Positions 45,805 through 56,145 of a DNA stretch of 64,000 bases are shown here, piece after piece. Source of the stretch: Ramlibacter sp. Lineage in GTDB: Bacteria > Pseudomonadota > Gammaproteobacteria > Burkholderiales > Burkholderiaceae_C. How positions within the stretch are numbered: position 1 is the first letter of the stretch; each line of letters begins with the position of its first letter. The DNA lies in the NCBI GenBank assembly GCA_046595775.1, contig JBKJOM010000132.1, positions 1,648 to 65,647 of the forward strand, read 5' to 3'. Both the position numbers and the translations under genes were made by a program. The notes under the pieces were generated by a model. The model saw only the letters and a list, made by a program, of their open reading frames with translations, did no database searches and was not told the origin of the DNA.

Positions 45805-47067
45805 ATGGAAATTTCTTTCTGGGCCATGTTCACCCTGGGCCTGATTGCGATGCTGGTCATCGTCATCTGGTCCGTGCGGCGCCACCGCGATCCCAACCTG
45901 CACATCGAGTGCGAATGGCCGATCGAAGAGCTGATCCCATCGCTCGCGGGGCTGACTTTAAGCACCGCCATCGACGGCAACAGCGTCGTGCTGCACCGGA
46001 ACGGCGCGTTCTTCGATGTGCTGATCAAGCGCATTCGCTCGGCCGAGCAATCGGTTCACTTCGAGACATTCCTGTGGAAGGAAGGCGAGCTTGGGGGGCG
46101 CATGGCCGATGCCTTCGTCGACCGCGCAAACGCCGGTGTGCAGGTGCGCATCATGCTCGACGCCACCGGCTCGAGCGGCGCTGGGAAGGAAGTCATCAAG
46201 CGCATGCGGGACGCCGGCTGCCGGGTGGAGTTCTTCCACAAGCGGTCGCTGCGCAACCTGGGCGTGCTCAACGACCGCGACCATCGCAAGATCTGCGTGC
46301 TCGACGGGCGCGAGGCCTTCGTAGGCGGCCACTGCATCGTCGACGAGTGGCTGGGCAACGCCGAAGACGGCAAGAAGTTCGGCGACCTGTCCGTGCAGGT
46401 GCGCGGCCCCATCGTGCACAGCATCCAGTCCGTTTTCAGCGAAAACTGGGCGGGAGAGACGGGCGAGCTGTTCGTGGGCAGCGACGTGTTCCCCCATCTC
46501 GAGCGGACGGGCGATGTGACCATCCATGCCGCCTTCGCCAAGCCGGAAAACTCCGCCCCCACGGTGAAGATCCTGCACCACACCGCCATCTGCCTGGCCA
46601 GCAAGCGCATCTGGATCCAGAACCCCTACTTCATCCCTTTGCCGGAAGCCATCGAAGCCATGGGCACGGCCGTCAGGCGAGGCGTCGATGTCCGCGTGCT
46701 GATGCCCTCGACCAGCGGCTCGGACAACCCGATGGTGCAGCACGCGGGGCACCGCAACTTCGAGAAGCTGCTGCGCTGCGGTGTGAAGCTGTTCGAGTAC
46801 CCGCACACCTTGTTGCACCAGAAGGTGATGACGATCGACGGCGTGTGGAGCGCGATCGGGTCCAGCAACTTCGATGACCGTTCATTCGAGATCAACGACG
46901 AGATCACGCTGGGCATCCTGGACAAGGACCTGGCGAACCAGCTCGATGCGGTGTTCGAGGAAAACGTCAAGAGGGCAACGGAGATCGACCTCGAGCGGTG
47001 GTCAAGGCGTTCGGTCCTGCACAAGCTGCAGGACAACATGTTCTACCTGCTCAAGGGGATGCTGTAG
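45805..47067 (+). CDS. Cardiolipin synthase-like phospholipase D
   Basis: Two HKD motifs (HRKICVLD, HQKVMTID), NPYFIP, GSSNFD. Confidence 0.9.
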   Translation: MEISFWAMFTLGLIAMLVIVIWSVRRHRDPNLHIECEWPIEELIPSLAGLTLSTAIDGNSVVLHRNGAFFDVLIKRIRSAEQSVHFETFLWKEGELGGRMADAFVDRANAGVQVRIMLDATGSSGAGKEVIKRMRDAGCRVEFFHKRSLRNLGVLNDRDHRKICVLDGREAFVGGHCIVDEWLGNAEDGKKFGDLSVQVRGPIVHSIQSVFSENWAGETGELFVGSDVFPHLERTGDVTIHAAFAKPENSAPTVKILHHTAICLASKRIWIQNPYFIPLPEAIEAMGTAVRRGVDVRVLMPSTSGSDNPMVQHAGHRNFEKLLRCGVKLFEYPHTLLHQKVMTIDGVWSAIGSSNFDDRSFEINDEITLGILDKDLANQLDAVFEENVKRATEIDLERWSRRSVLHKLQDNMFYLLKGML

Positions 47068-47081
47068 CCGCGCTCGAGCGC

Positions 47082-47642
47082 TCAGGGCCGGATGGTGCCG
47101 ACCAGGCGCAGCCCGCCTTTGCCGTCGGGGCGCATCACAACGCCCTCGGCCGAAGCCGTGTTGGCATGGGTCAGGGCGGCAATGTTGACCTGATGCGACA
47201 CCACGACCAGCACGCCCGGGCCTTTCCAGTTGCGCAACAGTTCGCCTGCCTGCGTCGTCTGGGCCTCGCCTTCGGTGGGCACCTGGGTAAAGAACGAATT
47301 GAATGCCGGTTCATCACGCACTGCCTCGGCCCCGAATGCCAGGGTCGCCGTCTCGCGCGTGCGGCACCATTGCGACACAAGCACCGCGCCAACGCGAACC
47401 CGGTGCGCGCGGAAGGCCGCCCCGATGCGCCGCGCTTCCTCGCGCCCCTTCTCGTCCAGGTTGCGCTGGGTGGTGCAATCGCCCAGCTGGAAATTGGCGG
47501 GGTCGCCGACGCCGGGCGCTGTGGCGTGGCGAAAGAGCACGATCGTTCCCGGCCGGGACAGCGCGGCCCATGCGTCAGCCGCACCGGCCGGCGCCCAGGA
47601 GCCCAGGACGGCGAAGAACAGGGCCATGACTCTGCATTGCAT
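47082..47642 (-). CDS. Exported histidine phosphatase family protein
   Basis: Signal peptide; FRHA, SQWCRTRETA, VSHQVNI. Confidence 0.85.
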   Translation of the reverse strand: MQCRVMALFFAVLGSWAPAGAADAWAALSRPGTIVLFRHATAPGVGDPANFQLGDCTTQRNLDEKGREEARRIGAAFRAHRVRVGAVLVSQWCRTRETATLAFGAEAVRDEPAFNSFFTQVPTEGEAQTTQAGELLRNWKGPGVLVVVSHQVNIAALTHANTASAEGVVMRPDGKGGLRLVGTIRP

Positions 47643-47710
47643 GGCTCGACTGTATCCCTGCATCCGCTGGGCCATGGTGCACGTATGCTGTTGACTACCA
47701 AGGGCCAAGG

Positions 47711-48583
47711 ATGAACCGCAAGAGATGGGTGTTGATGTTGTGTATAGCCGCGACAGCGATGGCGGCGCTGGCCGGCTGCTCGCCCGTGACCGCGCTCAAC
47801 GCGCTCACGCCCACAGCGACGTACCGCAAGACGAGTGACATCGCCTATGGCGCCGATCCCCGCCACAAGCTCGACATCTACACGCCCCTGCGAGAGAACG
47901 CCGGCAAGCCCTTCCCCGTGGTGGTGTTCTTCTTTGGCGGCAACTGGAACAGCGGCGAGCGCAGCGACTACCGGTTCGTCGGCGAGGCCCTGGCATCACG
48001 CGGGATAGTGGCGGTGATAGCCGACTACCGCCTTTATCCCCAGGTGCGCTACCCGGCTTTTCTCGAAGACAGCGCGCAAGCCGTGGCCTGGGCCGTTCGT
48101 AACGTGGCGCAGCACGGAGGCGACCCGAGCCGCCTCTACGTGATGGGCCACAGCGCCGGTGCGTACAACGCCGCGATGGTCGCGCTGGACAAGCGCTGGC
48201 TGGCCGCCTCGGGGCTTTCGCCGTCGGTGCTGCGCGGCTTCATCGGCCTGGCCGGCCCCTATGACTTCCTCCCGATCCAGAACACCGACACGCGGCCGGT
48301 CTTCTTCTATCCCGACACGCCGCCCTCTTCGCAACCCATCAGCCACGCCAGTGCCTCTGCACCGCGCGCGCTGTTGATCGCCTCGAACAGCGACAGTCTG
48401 GTGAACCCGGTGCGCAACACGGGAGGCCTTGCGAACAAACTTCGTGGCCTGGGGGTTGATGTCAACGAGGTCTACTTCGACAGCACCAGCCACACGTCGC
48501 TGGTCGGCGCGTTGGCGTGGCCGTTGCGAGGCCTGGCGCCTGTGCTCGACACCCTCGACCGATTCGTCAACGCCGCGAACTAG
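47711..48583 (+). CDS. Lipoprotein esterase/lipase (alpha/beta hydrolase)
   Basis: LAGC lipobox, FGGNW, DYRLYP, GHSAG. Confidence 0.88.
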   Translation: MNRKRWVLMLCIAATAMAALAGCSPVTALNALTPTATYRKTSDIAYGADPRHKLDIYTPLRENAGKPFPVVVFFFGGNWNSGERSDYRFVGEALASRGIVAVIADYRLYPQVRYPAFLEDSAQAVAWAVRNVAQHGGDPSRLYVMGHSAGAYNAAMVALDKRWLAASGLSPSVLRGFIGLAGPYDFLPIQNTDTRPVFFYPDTPPSSQPISHASASAPRALLIASNSDSLVNPVRNTGGLANKLRGLGVDVNEVYFDSTSHTSLVGALAWPLRGLAPVLDTLDRFVNAAN

Positions 48584-48634
48584 TGGTGGGCAACTTGAAG
48601 CGGGTGGCGCACGGCTGAACCGCGCCGCCTCGGC

Positions 48635-48946
48635 TCACGGACCAATCTCGTACATCGCATCGCCCATGTAGCGATGCGTGCCGAACGCCGCGGCCAGTGC
48701 TGCGGATTCGGCCGCCTGCCACTGCTCCAGGATCACTCGCTCGGCATCGGTGAGTGATTCCAGGTCCGGCTGCTCGCCATAGCTCGCCACGATGCGCCGG
48801 AAGGCCGCATGAACCAGCAGCACCATGCTCTCGTCGCCCAGCACTTCGTCCAGCGCCTTGCGAAAGCGCGCTTCGGCCTGGCGCTTCTGTTCAAGGGTTG
48901 CGTCGTCGGAATCGAAGATGCGCAGGGAATAGCTCATGCCCGCCAT
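48635..48946 (-). CDS. Hypothetical protein
   Basis: Protein-like composition; fills the gap between genes. Confidence 0.6.
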   Translation of the reverse strand: MAGMSYSLRIFDSDDATLEQKRQAEARFRKALDEVLGDESMVLLVHAAFRRIVASYGEQPDLESLTDAERVILEQWQAAESAALAAAFGTHRYMGDAMYEIGP

Positions 48947-48963
48947 GATGCGGGAAAACCGAT

Positions 48964-49245
48964 TCAGCGCTTTTCGCGGTGCCCGCCCCTATCCGGTTTC
49001 ACCGGCCTCACTGGTTTGAGGTGCGCGGTGCGTGCGTGTTCGCGGAACTCCCGCTCGGTCATCGTGTACACCGCGACGCGCGGGTAGTTGCCCTTCATCT
49101 CGGCTTCTACCACCAACTGGGCCTCAGGGCCAGGGCGCAAGCCGCGGACCCACCAGCGATGGCCACTGCGGTCGCGAAAGCTTTGGCCGGAAAGTTGCGA
49201 AAGGCCCATGTGTTCGGTTTTCATGGGTGCGATGGTGCTGCTCAT
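48964..49245 (-). CDS. Hypothetical protein
   Basis: AGGA RBS; co-oriented with 48635-48946. Confidence 0.55.
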   Translation of the reverse strand: MSSTIAPMKTEHMGLSQLSGQSFRDRSGHRWWVRGLRPGPEAQLVVEAEMKGNYPRVAVYTMTEREFREHARTAHLKPVRPVKPDRGGHREKR

Positions 49246-49255
49246 CCTGCAAACC

Positions 49256-49301
49256 CGGTGTAGGACGTGTGTCTATACCGCGTGCGGCAATTCCTACACC
49301 G
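49256..49301. promoter_or_regulatory. 10-bp perfect inverted repeat, candidate operator
   Basis: CGGTGTAGGA-N26-TCCTACACCG in a divergent intergenic region. Confidence 0.55.
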
Positions 49302-49328
49302 CAGTCTCGGGTACGCTGACGGGAAATC

Positions 49329-50459
49329 ATGGAGTTGCACCATATGAGTCGCCTGTTCGCGCCCTGGTCCCTGGACGAGTTGCGCCTGTCCAATCGCATC
49401 GTCATCGCGCCGATGTGCCAGTACTCCGCCGACGAAGGCAGCGCGACCGATTGGCACATGATTCATTTGGGGAACCTGGCTCTCTCCGGTGCGGGCCTGA
49501 TGATCCTCGAGGCCACGGCCGTGTCGGCGCGCGGTCGCATCTCGCCGACGGACCTCGGCCTGTACTGCGATGACAACGAGGCGACGCTCGCCCGCGTGAT
49601 CGGCGCAATTCGGAAGCACTCGCCGATCGCACTGGCGATCCAGCTTGCGCACGCGGGCCGCAAGGGATCGAGCAAGGCGCCGTGGGACGGCGGCACGCAG
49701 ATCAAGTCCGGTGAACCCAGGGGCTGGAAGACGGAAGCACCGAGCGCAGTGCCTCATGCATCCGGCGAAGAGCCGCCCGAAGCGATGGACCGTGGCGGCA
49801 TGGACCGCGTGCGCGATGACTTCGTGGCCGCAACGAAGCGCGCGGCGCGCCTGGGTCTCGACGGCATCGAGGTGCATGGCGCCCACGGCTACCTCTTGCA
49901 CCAGTTCCTGTCGCCGATCGCGAACAAGCGCGATGACGAGTACGGCGGCAGCCTGGAGAACCGCATGCGCTTTCCGCTCGAGGTGTTCGACGCAGTGCGC
50001 GCGGCCTTTCCTGCCGGCAAGCCGGTGTGGATGCGCATCTCCGCCACCGACTGGGTGCCGGGCGGATGGGACATCGAGGGGACGATCGCGCTGTCGAAGC
50101 TGCTCGGCGAGAGGCGATGCGCGGCCATCCACGTGACAACCGGGGGCGTCTCGCCGCTGCAGGCGATCAAGGTCGGCCCTGGCTACCAGGTGCCTTACGC
50201 GCAGCGGGTGAAGGCGGAGACTGGCTTGCCCACGATGGCGGTGGGCCTGATCACCGAACCCGAGCAGGCCGAGGCGATCATCGCCAACAACGAGGCGGAC
50301 GCTGTGTCGCTCGCCCGCGCGATGTTGTACGACCCCCGCTGGCCCTGGCACGCGGCCGCCAAGCTGGGGGCGCACGTGTTTGCGCCGAAGCAATACTGGC
50401 GGTCGCAGCCGCGGGAGTTCAAGGAACTGTTCGAAGGCATGAGTTTCGGGCAGCGGTAG
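49329..50459 (+). CDS. NADH:flavin oxidoreductase (Old Yellow Enzyme, NamA/XenA-like)
   Basis: NRIVIAPMCQYSA, QLAHAGRK, HGAHGYLLHQFLSP, RDDEYGGSLENR. Confidence 0.93.
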   Translation: MELHHMSRLFAPWSLDELRLSNRIVIAPMCQYSADEGSATDWHMIHLGNLALSGAGLMILEATAVSARGRISPTDLGLYCDDNEATLARVIGAIRKHSPIALAIQLAHAGRKGSSKAPWDGGTQIKSGEPRGWKTEAPSAVPHASGEEPPEAMDRGGMDRVRDDFVAATKRAARLGLDGIEVHGAHGYLLHQFLSPIANKRDDEYGGSLENRMRFPLEVFDAVRAAFPAGKPVWMRISATDWVPGGWDIEGTIALSKLLGERRCAAIHVTTGGVSPLQAIKVGPGYQVPYAQRVKAETGLPTMAVGLITEPEQAEAIIANNEADAVSLARAMLYDPRWPWHAAAKLGAHVFAPKQYWRSQPREFKELFEGMSFGQR

Positions 50460-50461
50460 AC

Positions 50462-50489
50462 GAAAGAAAGGGCCCCGTGGGGCCCCTTC
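50462..50489 (-). terminator. Rho-independent terminator
   Basis: Minus strand GAAGGGGCCCC-ACG-GGGCCCTTTC followed by TTT, between convergent genes. Confidence 0.7.
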
Positions 50490-50510
50490 GCGTATCAAGC
50501 TCTCAGTTTC

Positions 50511-50903
50511 TCAATGGCGGTACGGATTGTTGGGTTCGCGGTCATAGCGGTCCGGCACGCCGTCGTGGTCGCGGTCCCAGCCGCCATGCCGATGACCGTA
50601 GCGGTGGTTGTGCCCGTAACGGTAGTACACCACCCGCGGCTGGGCGTACACCGACTGGGACTGGTAGTAGACCGGCTCCGGCGCGTAGTACGTCGGTTGG
50701 GGCTGGTAGTACACAGGTTGCGGCTGGTAGTACACCGATTGGGGCTGCACATAGACCGGCGCGGGCTGTACATAGCCGTAAGGCGCGTTCAGGCCGATCG
50801 AGAAAACGACGTCAGTGCGCGCTTGGGCTGCGGAGCCGGCCACCAACGCGCCCAGCGCGACAGCGGCGGCAATGAGGGGTCTGGCGGAGAAGAGGCGTTT
50901 CAT
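50511..50903 (-). CDS. PXPV-repeat secreted protein
   Basis: AAGGAG RBS, signal peptide, (QPQPVYY)n, C-terminal DRDHDGVPDRYD. Confidence 0.82.
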   Translation of the reverse strand: MKRLFSARPLIAAAVALGALVAGSAAQARTDVVFSIGLNAPYGYVQPAPVYVQPQSVYYQPQPVYYQPQPTYYAPEPVYYQSQSVYAQPRVVYYRYGHNHRYGHRHGGWDRDHDGVPDRYDREPNNPYRH

Positions 50904-51048
50904 ACGAGCTCCTTGTGGGAATGACTGTATGGTGCTGCCCGGCGCATGAACCGAACCTGAACGGAGTGGGAACACGTGTCTCAAAAGTGTAAAGAAGCGA
51001 AATTACCCCTCGCGGCGAAGTCGTCGCTCGGCGCGCGGCGCCGGGGCG

Positions 51049-52197
51049 TCAATGCAGGGCGGGCGCTTCCAGCAAACTGTCGACGTCGCCCATCGTGGTG
51101 TAGCCCTGCACCGAAATCCGCACGAACACTTGCCCGCCGTGCGTGGTCACCGGGATTTCGATGCCGCTCTCGCCGTACAGCCGCTCGCGCAGCGCCTCGG
51201 GATCTTGCGGCGGCACGGGGATCGCCACCATCTGCGCCCAGTCGTCGTCGCGCGCGATCGGTGCGAGTCCATGCCGCTGCGTCAGCACCTGCAACGCATG
51301 GCGCGCCAGCTCGTGGCAACGCACTCGCACGGACGGCCAATCGTGCCGCGCGAGAAAGTCAAGCGCCTGCGGCAACGCCAGCCAGCCGGCGATGTCGCGC
51401 GTGCCTTGCCACTGCATGCGGCGCTCGAACAGGCTGCGCCCGAGGTAAGCGTCGAAGCCCGAGTGGCCCCCCGTACCTTCGGCATAGCCCCAACTGATGA
51501 CCGTGGCATCGAGCATCGAGTGCAGTTCCGGGCGTGCGTGCAGGAAACCCGTGCCCTTGGGCGCGCACAACCACTTGTGGCAGTTGCCCGCATAGAAGTC
51601 GGCGCCGATCGCATCGATGTCCAGCGGAATCTGTCCGGGCGCATGTGCGCCGTCGATCAGCGTGGCGATGCCACGTTCCCGCGCTGCGCGGCACAGGTCG
51701 ACCACGGGCAGGATCAGGGCGGTGGTGGAAGTGATGTGGCTCGCGTAAATCAGGCGCGTGCGCGGCGTGACTTCGGCCAACACGCGCTCCACGAACTCCT
51801 CTCTGCGAAAAGGCAGCGGAATAGTCACCCGCCGGTAGTGCGCGCCGCGCTGGGCGCACACGTGTTGCCAGGTGGCGTCGCAGGCGCTGTACTCCAGGTC
51901 GGTCGACAGCACCTCGTCGCCCGGTTCCAGCGGGAACGACTGCGCGACGATGTTGACAGCAGTAGTGGCGTTGGGCACGAAGACCAGGTGCTCGCCGTTC
52001 GCACCGATCTCGGCCCCGAGACGCGCCCGGGATGAAGCCAGCAAGTCGGCCGAGCGGCGGCCGAGGAACGCGACGGGGTTGCGCTCCATCTCGAGCTGCC
52101 AGCGCTGCTGCGCGTCCAGCACTTCGCGCGGGCAGGCGCCGAAGGAGCCGTGGTTCAGGAAGACGAGGCCGGGGTCCAGCAGGAAGAGGTCGCGCAT
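51049..52197 (-). CDS. Class V PLP aminotransferase (isopenicillin N epimerase/cysteine desulfhydrase-like)
   Basis: FLNHGSFGACP, DGAHAPG, GNCHKWLCAPKG. Confidence 0.9.
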   Translation of the reverse strand: MRDLFLLDPGLVFLNHGSFGACPREVLDAQQRWQLEMERNPVAFLGRRSADLLASSRARLGAEIGANGEHLVFVPNATTAVNIVAQSFPLEPGDEVLSTDLEYSACDATWQHVCAQRGAHYRRVTIPLPFRREEFVERVLAEVTPRTRLIYASHITSTTALILPVVDLCRAARERGIATLIDGAHAPGQIPLDIDAIGADFYAGNCHKWLCAPKGTGFLHARPELHSMLDATVISWGYAEGTGGHSGFDAYLGRSLFERRMQWQGTRDIAGWLALPQALDFLARHDWPSVRVRCHELARHALQVLTQRHGLAPIARDDDWAQMVAIPVPPQDPEALRERLYGESGIEIPVTTHGGQVFVRISVQGYTTMGDVDSLLEAPALH

Positions 52198-52275
52198 GGC
52201 GGGCAGTTTAGCGAGGGCCGCTCTTGACCCAACAGCCGGTTCCCGCCATCCTCCGCGCTTCAGACGGAGTTCTGC

Positions 52276-54147
52276 ATGCAATCTATTTCCTCAGACCAAC
52301 TGCGCACTGCCGACGACGTGAAGCGGCACGAAGCACAGATGCCGCTCGCCCAACGGTTGCCGGGCCGCAGCGTGTACGACGTGTTCACCGACGCGGCCTC
52401 GCGTCATCCCGATGCGCCCGCGCTCACCATGGTGATGACTGGTGCGGACGATGAGCAGCCGCGCCGCGTTACCTACGCGCAGTTGCTCGCGTCGATCCGT
52501 CGCGCCGCGAACCTGTTCCGCGCACTCGGTGGCCCGCGGCCTGGTGTGGCCTACATGTTGCCCAGCCTCGTAGAGACGCATGCCACCTTGTGGGGCGCAG
52601 AGAGCGCGGGCTATGCGGTGCCGATCAACTTCCTGCTGCAGCCCGACCACATCGCGGAGTTGATCCGCGCGTCGGGCGCGACGATTCTCGTCGCACTCGG
52701 GCCCCATCCGGTGCTGGACATCTGGCAGAAGGCGCAGGCCTTGCGAGCGCAGTTGCCCGGGCTGGTGCTGGTGCGCGTGTCCCCGCCGGGAACGCCTGCC
52801 GAGGCCGGGGTGGTCGACTTCGTGTCGGCGATGGCCGACCAGCCCGATGATCACCTCACGTTCGGCGAGGCGGGCCGGGACGATGACGTCGTTGCCTACT
52901 TCCACACTGGCGGCACGACCGGCGCACCCAAGCTGGTGGCCCACAGCCATCGCAGCCAGTTGTGCGCAGCAAAAGGCGGCGCGGCGCTGGCCGGCATGGT
53001 GCCGGGCGATGTGCTCACTGCGAGCCTGCCGCTCTTTCATGTGGGCGGCACCATCTTCTGCGGCCTCAGCAGTTTCATGGCCGGGGTCGAGCTGGTGATC
53101 ATGTCGCCGGGCGGCATGCGCAACCCGGCGATGGTCAATCGCTTCTGGCACATCGTGCAGCGTTACGGCGTCACGCTCGCCGGCGCGGTGCCCACGTCCG
53201 TCGGCGCACTCCTTGAGATGCCGGTGGGCGATGCCGACATCAGCTCCATCCGCGCGGGCTTCTGCGGCGCTGCCTCGCTTCCGTTGGCGGTCGGCGAGCG
53301 CTTCCGCCAAGTGACCGGTCGCAACCTCTACGAGGTGTACGGCATGACGGAAGCCTCGGGTCTGATCGCCATCGACCCGACGGCCGGCCCAGGCGGCGTG
53401 GGTTCCGTTGGTTTCGCCCTGCCCTACACGCGCGTACGCACGCGCAGGATCGATGCCGATGGCAGCGTCGGTGCCGACTGCGCGCAAGGCGAAATCGGTG
53501 TCGTCACCATCGAGGGCGACCATGTCTCCCCCGGGTATCGCAATCCGGCGCACAACAAAGGCGTGTTTCTCGAAGACGGCTCGCTCAACTCGGGCGACCT
53601 TGGCTACTTCGACGACACCGGGCGTCTGCACATCGCAGGTCGTGCCAAGGACCTGATCATCCGCAGCGGCCACAACATCGACCCGCTGATGATCGAGAAC
53701 GCCATGCAGGCGCACCCCGCGGTGGCGCTTGCCGCGGCCGTGGGCATGCCCGATGCCTACGCCGGTGAACTGCCCGTTTGCTACGTGTCGCTGAAAGCCG
53801 GCGCTCAGGCCAGCGATGACGAGCTGCGCGAACACGCCGAGCGCACGATCGCTGAGCGCCCTGCCTGGCCGCGCCACATCCACGTGGTGGACACGATTCC
53901 GCTGACCACCGTGGGCAAGATCTACAAGCCGCAACTGCGCTGCGATGCGGCCCAGCGGCTGGTGGAGTCGATCGTGCACCAGCAACTGCGCATGCGCGAT
54001 GCGAAGATTCTGGTGCGCGAGGGCGGCAGCCGCGGCATGAAGGTGAGCGTGAGCGTGCCAGGCTCAGGCGCCAACGTTGAGGAGGTGACCAGGGCGCTCA
54101 GCGGCTTCCTCTTCGAAGTGGAAGTGTCGCCGGGCGCCGGCACCTGA
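52276..54147 (+). CDS. Acyl-CoA synthetase (AMP-forming)
   Basis: FHTGGTTGAPK, YGMTE, SGDLG, GRAKDLIIRSG, VGKIYK. Confidence 0.92.
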   Translation: MQSISSDQLRTADDVKRHEAQMPLAQRLPGRSVYDVFTDAASRHPDAPALTMVMTGADDEQPRRVTYAQLLASIRRAANLFRALGGPRPGVAYMLPSLVETHATLWGAESAGYAVPINFLLQPDHIAELIRASGATILVALGPHPVLDIWQKAQALRAQLPGLVLVRVSPPGTPAEAGVVDFVSAMADQPDDHLTFGEAGRDDDVVAYFHTGGTTGAPKLVAHSHRSQLCAAKGGAALAGMVPGDVLTASLPLFHVGGTIFCGLSSFMAGVELVIMSPGGMRNPAMVNRFWHIVQRYGVTLAGAVPTSVGALLEMPVGDADISSIRAGFCGAASLPLAVGERFRQVTGRNLYEVYGMTEASGLIAIDPTAGPGGVGSVGFALPYTRVRTRRIDADGSVGADCAQGEIGVVTIEGDHVSPGYRNPAHNKGVFLEDGSLNSGDLGYFDDTGRLHIAGRAKDLIIRSGHNIDPLMIENAMQAHPAVALAAAVGMPDAYAGELPVCYVSLKAGAQASDDELREHAERTIAERPAWPRHIHVVDTIPLTTVGKIYKPQLRCDAAQRLVESIVHQQLRMRDAKILVREGGSRGMKVSVSVPGSGANVEEVTRALSGFLFEVEVSPGAGT

Positions 54148-54173
54148 TCTTGCCTTCCTGGAGTCACGCCAAC

Positions 54174-56027
54174 TTGTTCCGCCTCTTCGAAAAACTGCTG
54201 CACCCCTACCCCGAGCGCGAGCCGGAGATCCCGCCGGTGGGCTTTTTCGCGTTCATGTGGGCCTGCATGGCGGGCGTGCGCAGCTACATCGTGGCCCTCG
54301 CCTTTCTGAGCGCCCTGGTCTCGGGGTTTGAGGCCTGGCTGTTCTCGGTGCTCGGGCAGATCGTCGACTGGGCCGCGAAGACGCCGCCCGAGCGCTTCCT
54401 CGCCGAGCACGGCACTGCCCTGGGCGTCCTCGCCGCCATCCTGGTGGCGAGCGTGGGCGCAGTGACGCTCGAAGCTTTCCTCAAGCGCCAGACGCTGGCG
54501 ATGAACTTCCCCTTGCGGATGCGCTGGAACTTCCACCGGCTGATGCTGGGCCAGAGCATGGCCTTCTATGCCGACGAATTTGCGGGGCGCATCACCACCA
54601 AGGTGATGCAAACCGGATTGGCCGTGCGCGAGGTCATCTTCACGACTGTCGAAGTGCTGATCGGCATGGGCATGTATTTCATCACCATCATCGCGCTCGC
54701 GGCGGCCTTTGACTTGCGGCTGATGCTGCCCTTCCTCGTGTGGCTGGGGCTGTACGGCATCTCATCCACGTACTTCGTGCCGCGCCTCGCGCGCATCGGC
54801 AAGAGCTACGCCGACGCCAAGGCGCTGGTCACGGGCCGCATCTCGGACGCCTACTCCAACATCACCACCGTCAAGCTGTTCTCGCATACGCAGCGCGAGT
54901 CGGCTTTCCTGCGCCAGGCACTGGCCGATTCCGGCGAGATCGGCTACGAGCAGAACCGGCTGATCACCTGGTTCGAGATCGTCAACTACATCATCGTCGT
55001 GGCTTTGTTGCTCGGCGCGGTGACGCAGTCACTCTGGCTCTGGAGTGAGGGTTCGGTCGGGCCGGGCGCTGTCGCCGCAGTCACTGCGATGAGCCTGCGC
55101 ATCAGTGGCCTGTCGCACTGGGTGATGTGGTCACTGGCGGGACTGTTCGAGAACGTGGGCACGGTGCAGGACGGAATCGCGACACTGACCAAGCGCCGCC
55201 ATGTCGTGGATGCCCCCGATGCGGTTCCGCTGCATGTGCAGCGCGGCGAGGTGAAGTTCGAGCGCGTGACCTTTTCCTATGGTGGCAAGTCGCCGGTGCT
55301 GAAAAACTTCGAATTGAGGGTGCGCCCTGGCGAGAAGATCGGCCTGATCGGCCGCTCCGGCGCCGGCAAGTCGACGCTGGTGAACCTGCTGCTGCGCTTC
55401 CACGACGTGAACGGCGGCCGCATTTTGGTCGACGGGCAGGACATCGCGCACGTCACGCAGGACAGCCTGCGCGCCAACATCGGCATGGTCACGCAGGACA
55501 CATCGCTGTTGCACCGCTCGGTGCGCGACAACATCAGTTACGGGCGGCCGGGTGCGAGCGAAGAAGAGATGTTGGCCGCCTCGCGCCGCGCCCACGCGCA
55601 TCCCTTCATCGATGAACTCTTCGACTACAAGGGCCGCAAAGGCTACGACGCCCAGGTGGGCGAGCGCGGTGTGAAGCTCTCGGGCGGCCAGCGCCAACGT
55701 ATCGCGATCGCGCGCGTGATGCTGAAGGACGCGCCGATCCTGCTGCTCGATGAAGCAACCAGCGCGCTCGATTCCGAAGTGGAGGCCGCGATCCAGGCCA
55801 GCCTGAAGCAGCTGATGGAAGGCAAGACCGTGATCGCGATAGCGCACCGGCTCTCCACCATCGCGGCGCTCGACCGCCTGATCGTGCTGGACCAGGGCCG
55901 CATCGTCGAGGAAGGCGATCACCGCACGCTGCTGGAGCTTGGCGGCCTTTACTCGCGCCTGTGGGCGCACCAGAGCGGCGGCTATTTGGGCGAAGAAGCC
56001 GAGCCCGAGCAATACGTGGCGGCTTGA
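54174..56027 (+). CDS. Fused ABC exporter permease/ATPase (multidrug-type)
   Basis: TM domain; GRSGAGKST, LSGGQRQR, LLLDEATSALD; probable TTG start at 54174. Confidence 0.92.
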   Translation: MFRLFEKLLHPYPEREPEIPPVGFFAFMWACMAGVRSYIVALAFLSALVSGFEAWLFSVLGQIVDWAAKTPPERFLAEHGTALGVLAAILVASVGAVTLEAFLKRQTLAMNFPLRMRWNFHRLMLGQSMAFYADEFAGRITTKVMQTGLAVREVIFTTVEVLIGMGMYFITIIALAAAFDLRLMLPFLVWLGLYGISSTYFVPRLARIGKSYADAKALVTGRISDAYSNITTVKLFSHTQRESAFLRQALADSGEIGYEQNRLITWFEIVNYIIVVALLLGAVTQSLWLWSEGSVGPGAVAAVTAMSLRISGLSHWVMWSLAGLFENVGTVQDGIATLTKRRHVVDAPDAVPLHVQRGEVKFERVTFSYGGKSPVLKNFELRVRPGEKIGLIGRSGAGKSTLVNLLLRFHDVNGGRILVDGQDIAHVTQDSLRANIGMVTQDTSLLHRSVRDNISYGRPGASEEEMLAASRRAHAHPFIDELFDYKGRKGYDAQVGERGVKLSGGQRQRIAIARVMLKDAPILLLDEATSALDSEVEAAIQASLKQLMEGKTVIAIAHRLSTIAALDRLIVLDQGRIVEEGDHRTLLELGGLYSRLWAHQSGGYLGEEAEPEQYVAA

Positions 56028-56145
56028 GGTCTCTCCCCTACCCGGAGAAGAACCGCACTGAGCCCGCTTTGAGCTTGGCTCTGAGCACTGCCGGGTTCAT
56101 CGGGCAATGATGCACCAGGCTTGCGCGACCCTGTAAATTCGGGAG

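Noticed and set aside
51049-52197. Beta-lactam biosynthesis (cefD)
   Set aside because: No ACV synthetase or IPNS nearby; the family is widespread with other roles.
54174-56027. ABC exporter as the T1SS for the giant RTX protein
   Set aside because: It resembles a generic multidrug exporter; no adjacent HlyD or TolC gene; opposite strand and separated by two genes.
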